From: Bacteroidota bacterium
GTDB lineage: Bacteria > Bacteroidota > Bacteroidia > Bacteroidales > UBA12481
Reading direction: 5' to 3'
Assembly (NCBI GenBank): GCA_018669475.1
Contig: JABHCC010000189.1
Span: 18,383 to 82,382 of the forward strand
Length of the DNA: 64,000 nucleotides
The translations under genes and the position numbers were made by a program. Below are positions 1-10,684 of this stretch, piece after piece. The number at the start of each line of letters is the position of its first letter. Position 1 is the stretch's first letter. The notes under the pieces were generated by a model. The model was not told where the DNA came from, made no database searches, and was given only the letters and a program-made list of their open reading frames with translations.

Positions 1-2
1 TG

Positions 3-1325
3 GGCGAATGGTATGGACGATGGATGTACCAGGATAATATGTGGGCTTACAACTATCACCTGGAACATTATGGACATCCATCTGAATTTGGTTATAAAGA
101 TTTTATTCCGATGTGGAAGGCTGAGAATTTCAATCCTGATCCTTTGCTTGCACTATTTAAGAGAGCAGGTGCGAAGTATTTTACCCCCTGTGCAGTTCAC
201 CATGATAATTTCGATTTGTGGGACTCAAAATATCAGCCATGGAATGCCGTTAATATGGGACCCAAAAAGGATCTTATAGGTATGTGGCGTGAGGCTACTA
301 TCAAGCAAGGCTTGAGATTCGGAGTTACCACCCACCTTGCAAGATCATATAGTTGGATGAATACTGCTAATCAGTCAGACAGGGAAGGTCGGCTTGCCGG
401 TGTGCCCTACGATGGTGATGACCCTGAATATGATAGGCTTTACCATAAAAAGCATGAAGATATTTCTTCAAGAGGTCCGGTTGATCCAACTGATGAATGG
501 AAGGAAGAATGGGCTGACAGGATGAAAGATTTGATAGATAATTACCATCCCGACCATTTTTATTTTGATGGAGCTATCCCTTTTAGTGGTGAGGACTATG
601 GTAAAACCGGAATGGATGTGGTCGCACACCTCCTGAATCATTCAATGGAAGTAAATGGTGGAAAACTGGAAGCTGTAATGTGTTACAAGGAGCGTCCCTT
701 CAATGGGATCTTCGTTGATGGGATGTTAACCCTCGATTATGAAAGAGGGAAATCGCCTGAGATCAGGAAAAAACCCTGGCAAACAGATGATACTATCGGA
801 CCATGGGGTTATCGCAAAGGTGCCAAGTATAAGTCAACTAATGCAGTGATAGATAAACTAATCGACATCGTGAGTAAGAACGGAAACCTATTGCTTAATA
901 TTCCAATAAAAGCTGATGGCACTCTTGATGATGAATCAGTTAAGATACTGGAGGAAATTGGTGAGTGGATGGAGATCAATGGAGAAGGAATTTATGGAAC
1001 ACGGCCCTGGTATAGGTTTGGTGATGGTAAAGTGAATGAGATACCTGAAATGGGAAGAACATCATTGTTTACAGAGAAAGATATTCGCTTTACTACAAAG
1101 GATGATCTCCTGTATGCTTTTGTGATGGATTGGCCTGTGAAGAATAAAACTGTATGGATGAAACATATCTCACCCAATAATATTAGTGCCGGTAAGGTAA
1201 AATCAGTTTCTATGCTTGGAGTTGGAGATATCGAATGGAGACAAGACAGGGTAGGATTGTATGTTACCATGCCAAATGAGAAACCGCATAACTTTGCCTA
1301 TGGACTCAAAATTAAATTTGAATAG
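3..1325 (+). CDS. GH29 alpha-L-fucosidase, 5'-truncated by the window edge
   Basis: Frame is open from position 3 (GEWYGRWMYQ...). GH29 motifs AVHHDNFDLW, HFYFDG (nucleophile Asp) and VSKNGNLLLNI, plus a C-terminal beta domain (DIRFTTK). Confidence 0.9.
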   Translation, partial: GEWYGRWMYQDNMWAYNYHLEHYGHPSEFGYKDFIPMWKAENFNPDPLLALFKRAGAKYFTPCAVHHDNFDLWDSKYQPWNAVNMGPKKDLIGMWREATIKQGLRFGVTTHLARSYSWMNTANQSDREGRLAGVPYDGDDPEYDRLYHKKHEDISSRGPVDPTDEWKEEWADRMKDLIDNYHPDHFYFDGAIPFSGEDYGKTGMDVVAHLLNHSMEVNGGKLEAVMCYKERPFNGIFVDGMLTLDYERGKSPEIRKKPWQTDDTIGPWGYRKGAKYKSTNAVIDKLIDIVSKNGNLLLNIPIKADGTLDDESVKILEEIGEWMEINGEGIYGTRPWYRFGDGKVNEIPEMGRTSLFTEKDIRFTTKDDLLYAFVMDWPVKNKTVWMKHISPNNISAGKVKSVSMLGVGDIEWRQDRVGLYVTMPNEKPHNFAYGLKIKFE

Positions 1326-1346
1326 TTTTATAAGTAGAAGAATGAA

Positions 1347-4300
1347 ATGGATAAAAAAGATCTACTACCAAGAATACAAGAATATATGGGAAATATGAGA
1401 GTATTCAGTTTAGTATCAGCAGGACTTTGCCTGATATTGCTTTTCAGTTGCAGCTTAAAACCTGAAATAAAACCTAACATTGTCTTGTTTTTGGTTGATG
1501 ATATGGGTTGGCAGGAAACTTCAGTCCCTTTTTACAAAGAGCTAACAGAGCTTAATAAACGTTACCATACACCGGCGATGGAAACCCTGGCGGAGCAGGG
1601 AATGAAGTTTACTCAGGCCTATGCTTGTCCCTTGTGCTCTCCAACCCGAGTAAGCCTTATGACAGGTGTTAATTCCGCCCGTCATATGGTTACTAACTGG
1701 ACCCTGCGCAAGAACATCTCTCCCGATCGTGATCACGAAACTCTTGAAATCCCGGTATGGAATGTCAATGGGCTTAGTCCGGTTGAAGGTATTGAGAATA
1801 CATTTGTCGCTAAAACACTTCCAATGTATTTGCAGGAAGTCGGTTATACCACTATTCATGCCGGAAAAGCACATTGGGGAGCAAAAGGAACACCTGGGGA
1901 AGATCCTTTAAATTTGGGATTTGATGTAAATATTGCCGGACATGCAGCAGGAGGTCCGGGCTCATATTATGGTAAATATAACTTTAGTGCGGCCTGGCGC
2001 AATGCCGACCGAATCTGGGATGTGCCCGGTTTGGAGAAATACCATGGACAGGAAATCAACATAACTGAAGCCCTTACTCTGGAGGCCATGGACGAAATGC
2101 AAAAGGCTGTTGAAGATAAAAAACCATTTTATTTATATATGTCACACTATGCCATTCATGCTCCATGGGAGAAGGATGAGCGATTTTATCAGAAATATGC
2201 AGATCGGGGGTTATCCGATTTCGAGGCAACTTATGCTTCTATGATCGAGAGTATGGATAAATCGCTAGGCGACATTATGAATAAAGTACGGGAATTGGCA
2301 ATAGAGGATAATACGATCATTATGTTTATGTCGGATAATGGTTCTCCATCCCAGTGTCCACAGAATGAGCCCCTGCGCGGATGTAAAATCAGCCCTTACG
2401 AAGGAGGAATCCGTGAACCAATGATAGTTTACTGGCCATCCATGACAAAAGCAGGGAGTGTTTGTAATACCCCATTAATCATTGAGGACTTCTTCCCAAC
2501 CATCCTTGAAATGGGTGGTGTGAACTTAAACAAAGTTTCTGAGGAGATAGATGGTATTAGCTTTATCCCACTACTTCAAGGGAAGAAGGTGAGATCAGCT
2601 AAACGGGAGTTTTTCTGGCATTTTCCGCACAATTACGGTTTCGAACCATATAGTGTTATACGTAAGGGAGATTGGAAACTAATTAATTGGTATAAGGATG
2701 GGAAAACTGAGTTATACAATATACCCAATGATATTAGCGAAAAGATTGATTTATCAACTCAACACCCGGAAATTGTAGAAAAACTGGTAACAAGCTTAGG
2801 GAAATATCTAAAATCATGTGGAGCTGGAATACCAATGGAGAAATCCAGCTCGCAATCAGAAACCATTGAATTGGCAAAGCCATCAGAAATTCAATATAAA
2901 TGGCATGAGCAGGAGCGCATTATGTTTGTTTGCCTTGATCCATGTACCTGGCAAGGGAGGGAATATGATAACCATTCTGTTCCGCTGGATCGGATTAATC
3001 CGAAAGATCTGAATACTGACCAATGGTGTGAGGTAGCGCAATCCTGGGGAGCCAAAGAAATACTTTTCGTTGCTAAACATACCGGAGGATTCTGCTGGTG
3101 GCAAACAGAAACGACTGATTATGGAATAAGAAATACTCCATACAAGGAAGGTAAAGGCGATGTACTGAAAGAACTTTCAGAATCATGCAAAGAGTATGGA
3201 TTAAATCTTGGAATTTACGTTTACCCGGGTGATGAAACCTGGGGGGCAGGAATTGGAAGTGGCGGATTGACAAAAGATTCATCGAAACAGGAAGTCTACA
3301 ACAAAGTTTTCCGTCAGCAATTGACTGAAACACTTACCAACTACGGTGAAACTATCGAAGTATGGTTTGACGGAAGTTGTAAAATTGATGTATCAGATAT
3401 TTTAGAGAAGTATGCTAAAAATTCAGTTATCTTCCAGGGGCCACACGCCACCCTGCGCTGGCCAGGAACAGAGTCGGGTAAACTATTCTATCCGGCCTGG
3501 AATACTGTAAAAAGTGAGGACTTTGAAACCGGCGTTTCAACCCAGATCCATGGGGATCCGGATGGAGATATCTGGGCACCTCTTGAAACAAATACAACGC
3601 TATACGATCATCACTGGTTTTGGTCTCCTGAGAAGGAGAAAAAGCGTAAATCTCTGGATCAATTGATGGAATGCTATTATAAATCAGTAGGATATGGCAG
3701 TGTTTTTCTTTTGAATTCCACACCAGATACAAACGGCCTGATTCCTGCAGATGATATAAAATTGTATAAGGCTTTCAGGCAGGAAATCGACAGACGGTTC
3801 AAGAAACCATTGGCAGCGATTAAAAACAAAAAAGGAGAGCTAAAGACCCTCAATTTCAAGCTTACCAAAAAAGTCAACCACCTGATTACCATGGAAGACT
3901 ACCGACAAGGCCACCGGATAAGGGAATACAGTATCGAAGGCTATCGGAATGGTCAATGGGAAGAGCTCTACAAAGGACAGTCTGTGGGTCGTAAAAAAAT
4001 TGACTTCTTCCCAGATGTTGAAATTTCAAAAATCCGTATTAAGGCTCTTAATTCAATCGGAGAGCCCCTGATCAGAAGTCTTTCGGCCTATTATGTGGAA
4101 GACTTTATCCCTCCAAAAAAACAAAGTGTCCATGCCTGGTCAACCTGGGCAAGGATTGGTCAATGGGATAATAATGGCTTTGAAAATGGGATAAAAGAAA
4201 TTAAAGTCGATCTGTCAGCAAAGATTAAATACCCTGGCCAGTTCTCCCTTAAAATAACACCGGATAATTCAGACATTGAAATAGAGATTGTTAATGCAGA

Positions 4301-4478
4301 GATACATTATGAGGGGCATCGTGCATTGGATGAATTCGTGACAGTGGAAGGCAATAGCATCCAAATCAACCGAACTGCTCAGGTGACAGATGAAAGCAGT
4401 TCTGTCATCTACCTCAGCATCAAATGCCAGGAAGCTTGTAAAGGTATAATAGAGTTCAAACCGGCATTGATTTATTAA
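1347..4478 (+). CDS. Fusion of an S1 (formylglycine-type) sulfatase, a GH29-like domain and C-terminal beta-sandwich (F5/8 type C-like) domains; probable lipoprotein, true start may be a downstream Met
   Basis: PNIVLFLVDDMGW, CSPTR (CxPxR), GKAHWG, SDNG and YEGGIREP in the N-half. From about nt 2870: PSEIQYKW, AKHTGGFCWW, EVWFDG, YYKSVG...LLN. Lipobox LLFSC. Confidence 0.85.
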   Translation: MDKKDLLPRIQEYMGNMRVFSLVSAGLCLILLFSCSLKPEIKPNIVLFLVDDMGWQETSVPFYKELTELNKRYHTPAMETLAEQGMKFTQAYACPLCSPTRVSLMTGVNSARHMVTNWTLRKNISPDRDHETLEIPVWNVNGLSPVEGIENTFVAKTLPMYLQEVGYTTIHAGKAHWGAKGTPGEDPLNLGFDVNIAGHAAGGPGSYYGKYNFSAAWRNADRIWDVPGLEKYHGQEINITEALTLEAMDEMQKAVEDKKPFYLYMSHYAIHAPWEKDERFYQKYADRGLSDFEATYASMIESMDKSLGDIMNKVRELAIEDNTIIMFMSDNGSPSQCPQNEPLRGCKISPYEGGIREPMIVYWPSMTKAGSVCNTPLIIEDFFPTILEMGGVNLNKVSEEIDGISFIPLLQGKKVRSAKREFFWHFPHNYGFEPYSVIRKGDWKLINWYKDGKTELYNIPNDISEKIDLSTQHPEIVEKLVTSLGKYLKSCGAGIPMEKSSSQSETIELAKPSEIQYKWHEQERIMFVCLDPCTWQGREYDNHSVPLDRINPKDLNTDQWCEVAQSWGAKEILFVAKHTGGFCWWQTETTDYGIRNTPYKEGKGDVLKELSESCKEYGLNLGIYVYPGDETWGAGIGSGGLTKDSSKQEVYNKVFRQQLTETLTNYGETIEVWFDGSCKIDVSDILEKYAKNSVIFQGPHATLRWPGTESGKLFYPAWNTVKSEDFETGVSTQIHGDPDGDIWAPLETNTTLYDHHWFWSPEKEKKRKSLDQLMECYYKSVGYGSVFLLNSTPDTNGLIPADDIKLYKAFRQEIDRRFKKPLAAIKNKKGELKTLNFKLTKKVNHLITMEDYRQGHRIREYSIEGYRNGQWEELYKGQSVGRKKIDFFPDVEISKIRIKALNSIGEPLIRSLSAYYVEDFIPPKKQSVHAWSTWARIGQWDNNGFENGIKEIKVDLSAKIKYPGQFSLKITPDNSDIEIEIVNAEIHYEGHRALDEFVTVEGNSIQINRTAQVTDESSSVIYLSIKCQEACKGIIEFKPALIY

Positions 4479-4496
4479 TATTACAAAAAACTAATT

Positions 4497-5879
4497 GTGA
4501 AGAACTCTTTTAATTACAAATACTTAGCGTTTATTGTCCTTATTTCAGCGCTTGGCGGACTATTATTTGGTTACGACTGGGTGGTTATCGGAGGAGCAAA
4601 GCGGTTTTACGAGATTTATTTCGACATAAGAGGAATGCCTGCTTTGCAAGGCTGGGTTATGAGTAGTGCCCTTGTGGGGTGCCTGCTTGGGGCAATTTCA
4701 GCTGGTACAATATCGGATAAGCTCGGCAGGAAAAAACCATTAATTTTCGCAGCTGCCTTATTCACTCTTTCAGCAATAGGCACAGGCGCTTCAAATAGCC
4801 TGACACTTTTTATCTCTTATAGAATTATTGGTGGTTTGGGAATAGGGATGGCTTCTGTTCTTTCACCTATTTACATTGCCGAAGTTTCACCCGCAAACAT
4901 GCGTGGACGATTTGTGGCCATTAACCAGCTTACCATTGTTATTGGAATTTTACTTGCACAAATTATTAACCTGACTATTGCTCAGGATGTTCCTGTCGAT
5001 TATAACGATAGCCAGATTCTGGATTCATGGAATGGCCAGAATGCCTGGCGCTGGATGTTTTGGGCTGAAACATTATTTGCCGGACTATTTTTTCTGTTAG
5101 CCTTTTTTATTCCTGAAAGTCCACGGTGGTTAGTGAAAGCAAAGCAAGGCTCCCTGGCCACATCTGTTTTAACAAAAATAGGAGGTGGAGAATACGGTAA
5201 AACAACATATCAATCAATAAAAGAAACACTTGCACGGGACACCTCAAAAATTGATTTCAAATATTTAAAAAATCCAAAAATTAAACGAATTGTTTTTATT
5301 GGTATGATACTGGCTATCCTGCAACAGTGGTGTGGAATAAATGTTATTTTCAATTATGCCGATGAAATTTTCACACAGGCCGGATATGGAATTAACGATA
5401 TGTTATTCAATATCGTGGCGACAGGAAGTGTTAACCTGTTGTTTACACTTGTTGGTATGGCACTTATCGATCGATGGGGACGAAGGGTATTATTATTGGT
5501 AGGTTTTGGTGGACTCAGTATCATCTACCTGTTTTTCGGGTTGTTTTACCAGCTCGAATTAAAGGGATTTATTATGCTGGCAAGCGTATTAATGGGTATT
5601 TCACTCTATGCCATGACTCTGGCTCCAACAACCTGGGTTGTACTCTCCGAGATTTTTCCAAATAAGGTTCGCGGCCTTGCCATGTCAATTGCAACAATGG
5701 CACTATGGAGTGCTTGTTTTATTTTAACTTATACATTCCCAATTCTGAATAACTGGGCAGGAGCTTCAGGAACATTTTGGGCCTTTGGGGTAATTTGTAT
5801 AGCAGGATTTATTTTTATCAGAAAAGTTCTTCCTGAAACAAAAGGAAAATCACTCGAAGAAATTGAGAAGGAATTGTAG
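4497..5879 (+). CDS. MFS sugar porter (XylE/AraE-like)
   Basis: GGLLFGYD, DKLGRK, PESPRWL, QQWCGIN and PETKGKSLEEIE; about 12 hydrophobic segments. Confidence 0.93.
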   Translation: MKNSFNYKYLAFIVLISALGGLLFGYDWVVIGGAKRFYEIYFDIRGMPALQGWVMSSALVGCLLGAISAGTISDKLGRKKPLIFAAALFTLSAIGTGASNSLTLFISYRIIGGLGIGMASVLSPIYIAEVSPANMRGRFVAINQLTIVIGILLAQIINLTIAQDVPVDYNDSQILDSWNGQNAWRWMFWAETLFAGLFFLLAFFIPESPRWLVKAKQGSLATSVLTKIGGGEYGKTTYQSIKETLARDTSKIDFKYLKNPKIKRIVFIGMILAILQQWCGINVIFNYADEIFTQAGYGINDMLFNIVATGSVNLLFTLVGMALIDRWGRRVLLLVGFGGLSIIYLFFGLFYQLELKGFIMLASVLMGISLYAMTLAPTTWVVLSEIFPNKVRGLAMSIATMALWSACFILTYTFPILNNWAGASGTFWAFGVICIAGFIFIRKVLPETKGKSLEEIEKEL

Positions 5880-5944
5880 GCTGGAAAATAGCATTGGGGC
5901 AAGTACTGGTAGTTTGACGTAAATTGTTGACTAGGGAAAAGAAT

Positions 5945-7144
5945 ATGAAAAAAAAATATTACCTCATAATTGTAATTATTTGCTTACTGTCACCACCACA
6001 GAATTATGCACAGGATACAATTATTGTTTATGATGTTGCAAGTCGAACTATTAATGAAATTCCTCCGGTATTTTTCGATCCATCAATAGCATTTGATAAT
6101 TCATCATATTCTGTCGGTAATCTTGGAAATCAAATTTCCTTGAACCTATCACCACCCACCTCAAACTTGTTCAATGGTACAAATTTTAGCAATATTGAGA
6201 GAGCAGAGTTATTTTACAATGTAACAGATTACCCTGTTAGAGCTGCTGTGAAATTATTTGGGTGGAATCAAAACACATTAGAACATTGCTGTTCAGGTAT
6301 TATGATTTCTGAGAACTTTGTTTTAACAGCTGCCCACTGCATTCAGGACCGATTATCACAAAATTGGAATTACGATAGCATTTTTATTGCTCCATCGTAT
6401 GATAATGGCATAATTCAGCCATCACTACCCAATTCAATTGTAGAAAAATATTATGTCTTTAAATCAAATTATAATCATACCGCATTTGACGACATTGCTT
6501 TGCTCCAATTACATGAGCCTATTGGAAAGGAAATTGGTTGGCTTGGGATGGCGTTTAATTCAAACACAAGTTATTTTTCAAATAAAGTATTTCACAAACT
6601 TAGCTATCCATCTATACCTGATCCGAATAATCCATCATTAATCTACAATGGGGATACGCTATATTATAATTATGGTGAAATAGATGTTCTTGGTCGGTTT
6701 TTGGGTGTAAACGGAGCAACTGGTGTTCCGGGCCAAAGTGGAAGTTCATTGTTTTATACCGATAATAATGAATATTACTCATTTGGCGTTTTGTCATTCT
6801 CAACCGGATACAGACATTATCAAATTACGAACAATATTTTTTATCAGTTTGAGAGTATTATCAATAATAATGCTTCCACTATCATAGGAAAATACGAAAA
6901 GACACCACTAAATATTTATCCAAATCCATTTATAGAATCGGCAGTTTTAGAGTTTAATAATCCGCAGCAAATAAATCACACTTTGAATGTGTATAATGTG
7001 AAAGGTGAGTTAATGCGTGTTATTAATAGCATAACAGAAAATAGAGTAATAATTCACAAAGGAGATTTAGCAAGTGGCATCTACTTTTTTCATCTTCTAA
7101 ATGATAGTCAAATCATCTCTTACGGTAAACTGATAATTGAGTAA
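5945..7144 (+). CDS. Secreted trypsin-like (V8/glutamyl-endopeptidase-like) serine protease with T9SS C-terminal sorting domain
   Basis: Signal peptide MKKKYYLII. Triad motifs TAAHC, DIALL and GQSGS. C-terminal IYPNP...GIYF...KLIIE. Start moved to the ATG at 5945. Confidence 0.85.
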   Translation: MKKKYYLIIVIICLLSPPQNYAQDTIIVYDVASRTINEIPPVFFDPSIAFDNSSYSVGNLGNQISLNLSPPTSNLFNGTNFSNIERAELFYNVTDYPVRAAVKLFGWNQNTLEHCCSGIMISENFVLTAAHCIQDRLSQNWNYDSIFIAPSYDNGIIQPSLPNSIVEKYYVFKSNYNHTAFDDIALLQLHEPIGKEIGWLGMAFNSNTSYFSNKVFHKLSYPSIPDPNNPSLIYNGDTLYYNYGEIDVLGRFLGVNGATGVPGQSGSSLFYTDNNEYYSFGVLSFSTGYRHYQITNNIFYQFESIINNNASTIIGKYEKTPLNIYPNPFIESAVLEFNNPQQINHTLNVYNVKGELMRVINSITENRVIIHKGDLASGIYFFHLLNDSQIISYGKLIIE

Positions 7145-7207
7145 GAACCTGACTGGCATTTGTACGGCAAATGACTGCAAATCCTACCACCATATTTTAT
7201 ATTGAAA

Positions 7208-8059
7208 TTACCTGTGGAGCTTCCGATACTCCGATGGGGTACAATCCATGACAGATCTGAAGTAATGATTGAAATTAGCAAGGGTATTATACCCGCTGTC
7301 AAAGCATATTTGGGTTACTGATTTTTCAGTTTCAATTAGCATCTTTGCTGCAAGGCCAATGCGAACTTTTTTAACGTATTCCATAAAGGTCAGATTGGTC
7401 TTCTTCTTAAAATACCTGCAAAATGAGCCGGGAGCCATGTTAATCAATTCTGCCACTTTTTTCAACTTAATTCCTTCTTCTATGTGGAGGAAAACATATT
7501 CATACACCCGGTTGATCTGTCCAAGGTCTTTTGTGAAATGGGCCGAATAATTCAATGTTTCTGACAGATAGTCGTAGTCTTCAACGTGAATTAGCTGATT
7601 AAATACATTTAAAAGATTAATGTAACTTTCTAATCCACTCATAGTCACCAGCTGTTCAAGATTTGCCTTTATCTTTTTTGCTTTCTTCCCTTTAAAGGCG
7701 ATTCCCTTATCAGCTTTTTTCAGAAGCTTTTCAACACCTTCCAATTCAGGGATATTGAAGAAATCTGAACGGATAATATTTTCATAAAAATGAATTGTAA
7801 TACATGTTGGTGGTATGTTTGTTTTGATTTCCAGAATTTCCCAGCAATGAGGTATCTCCGGCCCGAGAAGAACCAGATCATTATCCTCAAAACTGGAAAT
7901 GTCATTGCCGACAATTCTTCTTCCCGCTCCTGAAACAATGAAATTCAATTCGAAATTCTTGTGTGAGTGAATTATTGGCAAGCGTTCAGCCAGCTGAATC
8001 TTTCGTGCGATGAAGGAGTGCTTACTGGGGATGTTTATTTTCTCAAAAACATAATCCAT
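7208..8059 (-). CDS. AraC-family transcriptional regulator (cupin sensor plus HTH)
   Basis: HSHKNFEL cupin motif; C-terminal FCRYFKK...SGYNTLANFNHYFR...TPSEYR; divergent from the 8229 operon. Confidence 0.93.
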   Translation of the reverse strand: MDYVFEKINIPSKHSFIARKIQLAERLPIIHSHKNFELNFIVSGAGRRIVGNDISSFEDNDLVLLGPEIPHCWEILEIKTNIPPTCITIHFYENIIRSDFFNIPELEGVEKLLKKADKGIAFKGKKAKKIKANLEQLVTMSGLESYINLLNVFNQLIHVEDYDYLSETLNYSAHFTKDLGQINRVYEYVFLHIEEGIKLKKVAELINMAPGSFCRYFKKKTNLTFMEYVKKVRIGLAAKMLIETEKSVTQICFDSGYNTLANFNHYFRSVMDCTPSEYRKLHR

Positions 8060-8176
8060 GCCAATGACATTAAATATTGCGCAAAATAGAAAATATTATT
8101 GTCATTTTCTTTGATTTGGGTTAAGAAACAATGTGAATTGACTAAAATAACAGGAGTTAACTATTCTCATATTAGC

Positions 8177-8184
8177 TAATTTTG
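8177..8184 (+). promoter_or_regulatory. Possible Bacteroidota housekeeping-sigma -7 element (TAnnTTTG)
   Basis: TAATTTTG about 45 bp upstream of the 8229 ATG. No well-spaced -33 TTTG seen, which would fit activator dependence. Confidence 0.4.
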
Positions 8185-8228
8185 TTTGTTAAGATAATAA
8201 GTACATAAAAGTCAAAAATTCCTTTATT

Positions 8229-9134
8229 ATGCAATTACCTTTAAAAGGAATCATACCACCGGTGATTACTCCCTTGAATAATTATAGTGATCTTGATGTC
8301 GAGGGGCTGCAAAACCTCATTGAGCACCTGATTGCTGGCAATGTGCATGGTCTGTTCCTTCTTGGCACTAATGGTGAAGCTCCTTCACTTAGTTACCAGC
8401 TTCGAAAAGATTTTATTAAATTGACCTGTGATTTAGTAAATCATAGAGTTCCGGTATTAGTTGGAATATCAGATACATCATTCGCTGGCTCACTGGATAT
8501 TTCGGAGTATTCCAAAGCTTGTGGTGCAGATGCAGTTGTTGTTGCTCCACCATATTATTTCCCTGTAGCCGAGGAAGAATTGATTAATTATTTTGAAGCA
8601 CTTACTACAAGGTTGAATTTGCCATTTCTACTGTATAACATGCCAAGCCATACAAAAGTCAACTTATCACTTGAAACAGTCAAAAGAGTGAAAGAAATGG
8701 GAGCAATCGGGATCAAAGATAGCTCAGGAGATATGTTCTTTTTGTATTCCTTAATTGCAGAATTTATTGGTTCGCCAGACTTCTCAATTTTCACCGGTAC
8801 TGAGCTGTTTTTACCCGAAACAATCAGGTATGGAGGCCATGGAGCAGTGGCCGGTGGGGCAAACATTTTCCCTGAGCTCTTTGTTAAACTATATGAAGCA
8901 TCCATAAGTAATGATTCTGAGACAATTGCACGGCTTCGAAACAAAGTGATAATGCTGTATGATACTATTTATAAAGTGGGGAAATTTACATCGCGAATAA
9001 CCAAGGGAATAAAATGTAGTTTATCTGTAATGAGTATTTGTAGTGATTATATGGCACCTCCATTCAGCAATTTTAACTCTGCGGAACGAAAAAAGATAGA
9101 AGAACACCTGAAAGAAATTGCTAAAGTGAACTAA
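8229..9134 (+). CDS. DHDPS/N-acetylneuraminate-lyase family class I aldolase (ulosonic-acid aldolase candidate)
   Basis: GIIPPVITP, GTNGE, PPYY, LYNMP and Schiff-base GIKDSSG. Confidence 0.88.
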   Translation: MQLPLKGIIPPVITPLNNYSDLDVEGLQNLIEHLIAGNVHGLFLLGTNGEAPSLSYQLRKDFIKLTCDLVNHRVPVLVGISDTSFAGSLDISEYSKACGADAVVVAPPYYFPVAEEELINYFEALTTRLNLPFLLYNMPSHTKVNLSLETVKRVKEMGAIGIKDSSGDMFFLYSLIAEFIGSPDFSIFTGTELFLPETIRYGGHGAVAGGANIFPELFVKLYEASISNDSETIARLRNKVIMLYDTIYKVGKFTSRITKGIKCSLSVMSICSDYMAPPFSNFNSAERKKIEEHLKEIAKVN

Positions 9135-9136
9135 TC

Positions 9137-10624
9137 ATGGAATTCCACCTGGGTACGATCGACACGAGTATTCTGATTATTTATGGAGTTGTACTTATAG
9201 GTATGGGTGTTTATTTTATTAGAAAAAACAAGACATCTGAACAGTTCATGGTCGCCGGACGAAGTATTCCTGCCTGGGCAGCCGGTCTGGCTGTTATGAG
9301 TGCCTATACAAGTAGTATTTCGTACATTGCTGTTCCCGGAAAGGCATTCGATTCGAATTGGCATCCACTGATCTTTGCTTTAACTGCTTTACCTGTTGCA
9401 TGGTTCGTTACGAAATATGTTGTTCCATATTACAGGAAGAAGAATATTATTTCAGTTTATGGATATCTTGAGGAAAAAATTGGTGGGTGGGCCAGAATTT
9501 ATGCCTCAATTTCATTCGTGCTTTTTATGATAGGACGAACAGCCGTTATCCTTTATCTCTCTTCACTTCTTCTAAGCTCTTTTGTGACCATTGATATTCG
9601 TATACTAATAGTAATGATTGGTATCATAACTATTATCTACACCTTAATGGGAGGCATGGAGGCTGTGATCTGGACTGATGTTGTACAATCTGTAATCATG
9701 ATCGGTGGTATTCTTTTCATTGGATTTATTCTAACTAAAGATGTTTTTGCAAAACCTGATTTCCTGATCCAAAATGCTTTTGATGCTAACAAGTTTAGTT
9801 TGGGGGAAAGCACTTTGTCGTTGAAGAGTAGAACTATCTGGGTTATGATTATATATGGTGTAACCGAAAATATCAGGAACCTGATAGCAGATCAAAATTA
9901 TACGCAGAAGTATTGTTCCGTACCCGATGAAAAACAAGCAAAAAAGTCTGTATGGATCGCAATGTTAATCTATTTACCTCTGACGGCTCTGTTTTTGTAT
10001 ATCGGAACTTCTTTGTTTGCTTTTTATTCAGGATCTGAAAATGCTCTCGGTGAAGCTATTACCAAAGGAGATCAGGTCTTCCCTCATTTTATTGCCACAC
10101 AACTTCCTGTGGGAATGAAAGGATTAATTATAGCTGCAATTCTTGCTGCTTCAATGAGTACCATTGATTCTGCTTTGAATTGTTCTGCCACCGTACTTTT
10201 CATTGATTATTATAAAAAGTATTTCAGATCCGAACCTTCTGAGAAAAGCAGTATTCTTTTCTTGCGACTCACAACTGTTGTCTGGGGTGTCGCTGGTATT
10301 GCTTTTGCACTATTACTCATAAATGCAAAAAGCGCACTTGATATTTGGTGGATAATTGCCGGTATTTTTGGTGGGGGAATCCTGGGCTTGTTCCTTCTGA
10401 GTATTTTCAATATTAAGATTAGACAATCTCAAGGTATTATTTCAGTTATTTTTAGCCTTATAATCATCATTTGGGCTTCGTTTGCCAGAGATTTACCAGA
10501 TAATCTTGCCTGGTTAGAATGCAGCATAGATCCCATTATTATTGGAGCTTTCAGCACACTTGGTTTAGTGCTTATGGCGCTGCTGTTTGTTATTGTGAAT
10601 CGAAGAGTATTAAAGTCTCCTTAA
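9137..10624 (+). CDS. Sodium:solute symporter (SiaT-like subfamily)
   Basis: AGRSIP, SSISYIAVPG, GGMEAVIWTDVVQ, DQNYTQKY and AASMSTIDSALN. Confidence 0.92.
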   Translation: MEFHLGTIDTSILIIYGVVLIGMGVYFIRKNKTSEQFMVAGRSIPAWAAGLAVMSAYTSSISYIAVPGKAFDSNWHPLIFALTALPVAWFVTKYVVPYYRKKNIISVYGYLEEKIGGWARIYASISFVLFMIGRTAVILYLSSLLLSSFVTIDIRILIVMIGIITIIYTLMGGMEAVIWTDVVQSVIMIGGILFIGFILTKDVFAKPDFLIQNAFDANKFSLGESTLSLKSRTIWVMIIYGVTENIRNLIADQNYTQKYCSVPDEKQAKKSVWIAMLIYLPLTALFLYIGTSLFAFYSGSENALGEAITKGDQVFPHFIATQLPVGMKGLIIAAILAASMSTIDSALNCSATVLFIDYYKKYFRSEPSEKSSILFLRLTTVVWGVAGIAFALLLINAKSALDIWWIIAGIFGGGILGLFLLSIFNIKIRQSQGIISVIFSLIIIIWASFARDLPDNLAWLECSIDPIIIGAFSTLGLVLMALLFVIVNRRVLKSP

Positions 10625-10684
10625 ACTGATTATGCACTAAGCTTAGTGGTATTCTTCGAAGTTTTGGAACATAAAAGTTTTCGT

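Noticed and set aside
7157..7173. Short inverted repeat CATTTG/CAAATG between the protease and araC
   Set aside because: A 6-bp stem without a U-tract is too weak to call a terminator.
8229..9134. Calling this gene dapA or nanA
   Set aside because: The family is clear but the substrate is not. The GTNGE motif and catabolic context argue against lysine biosynthesis, and Neu5Ac specificity is unproven.
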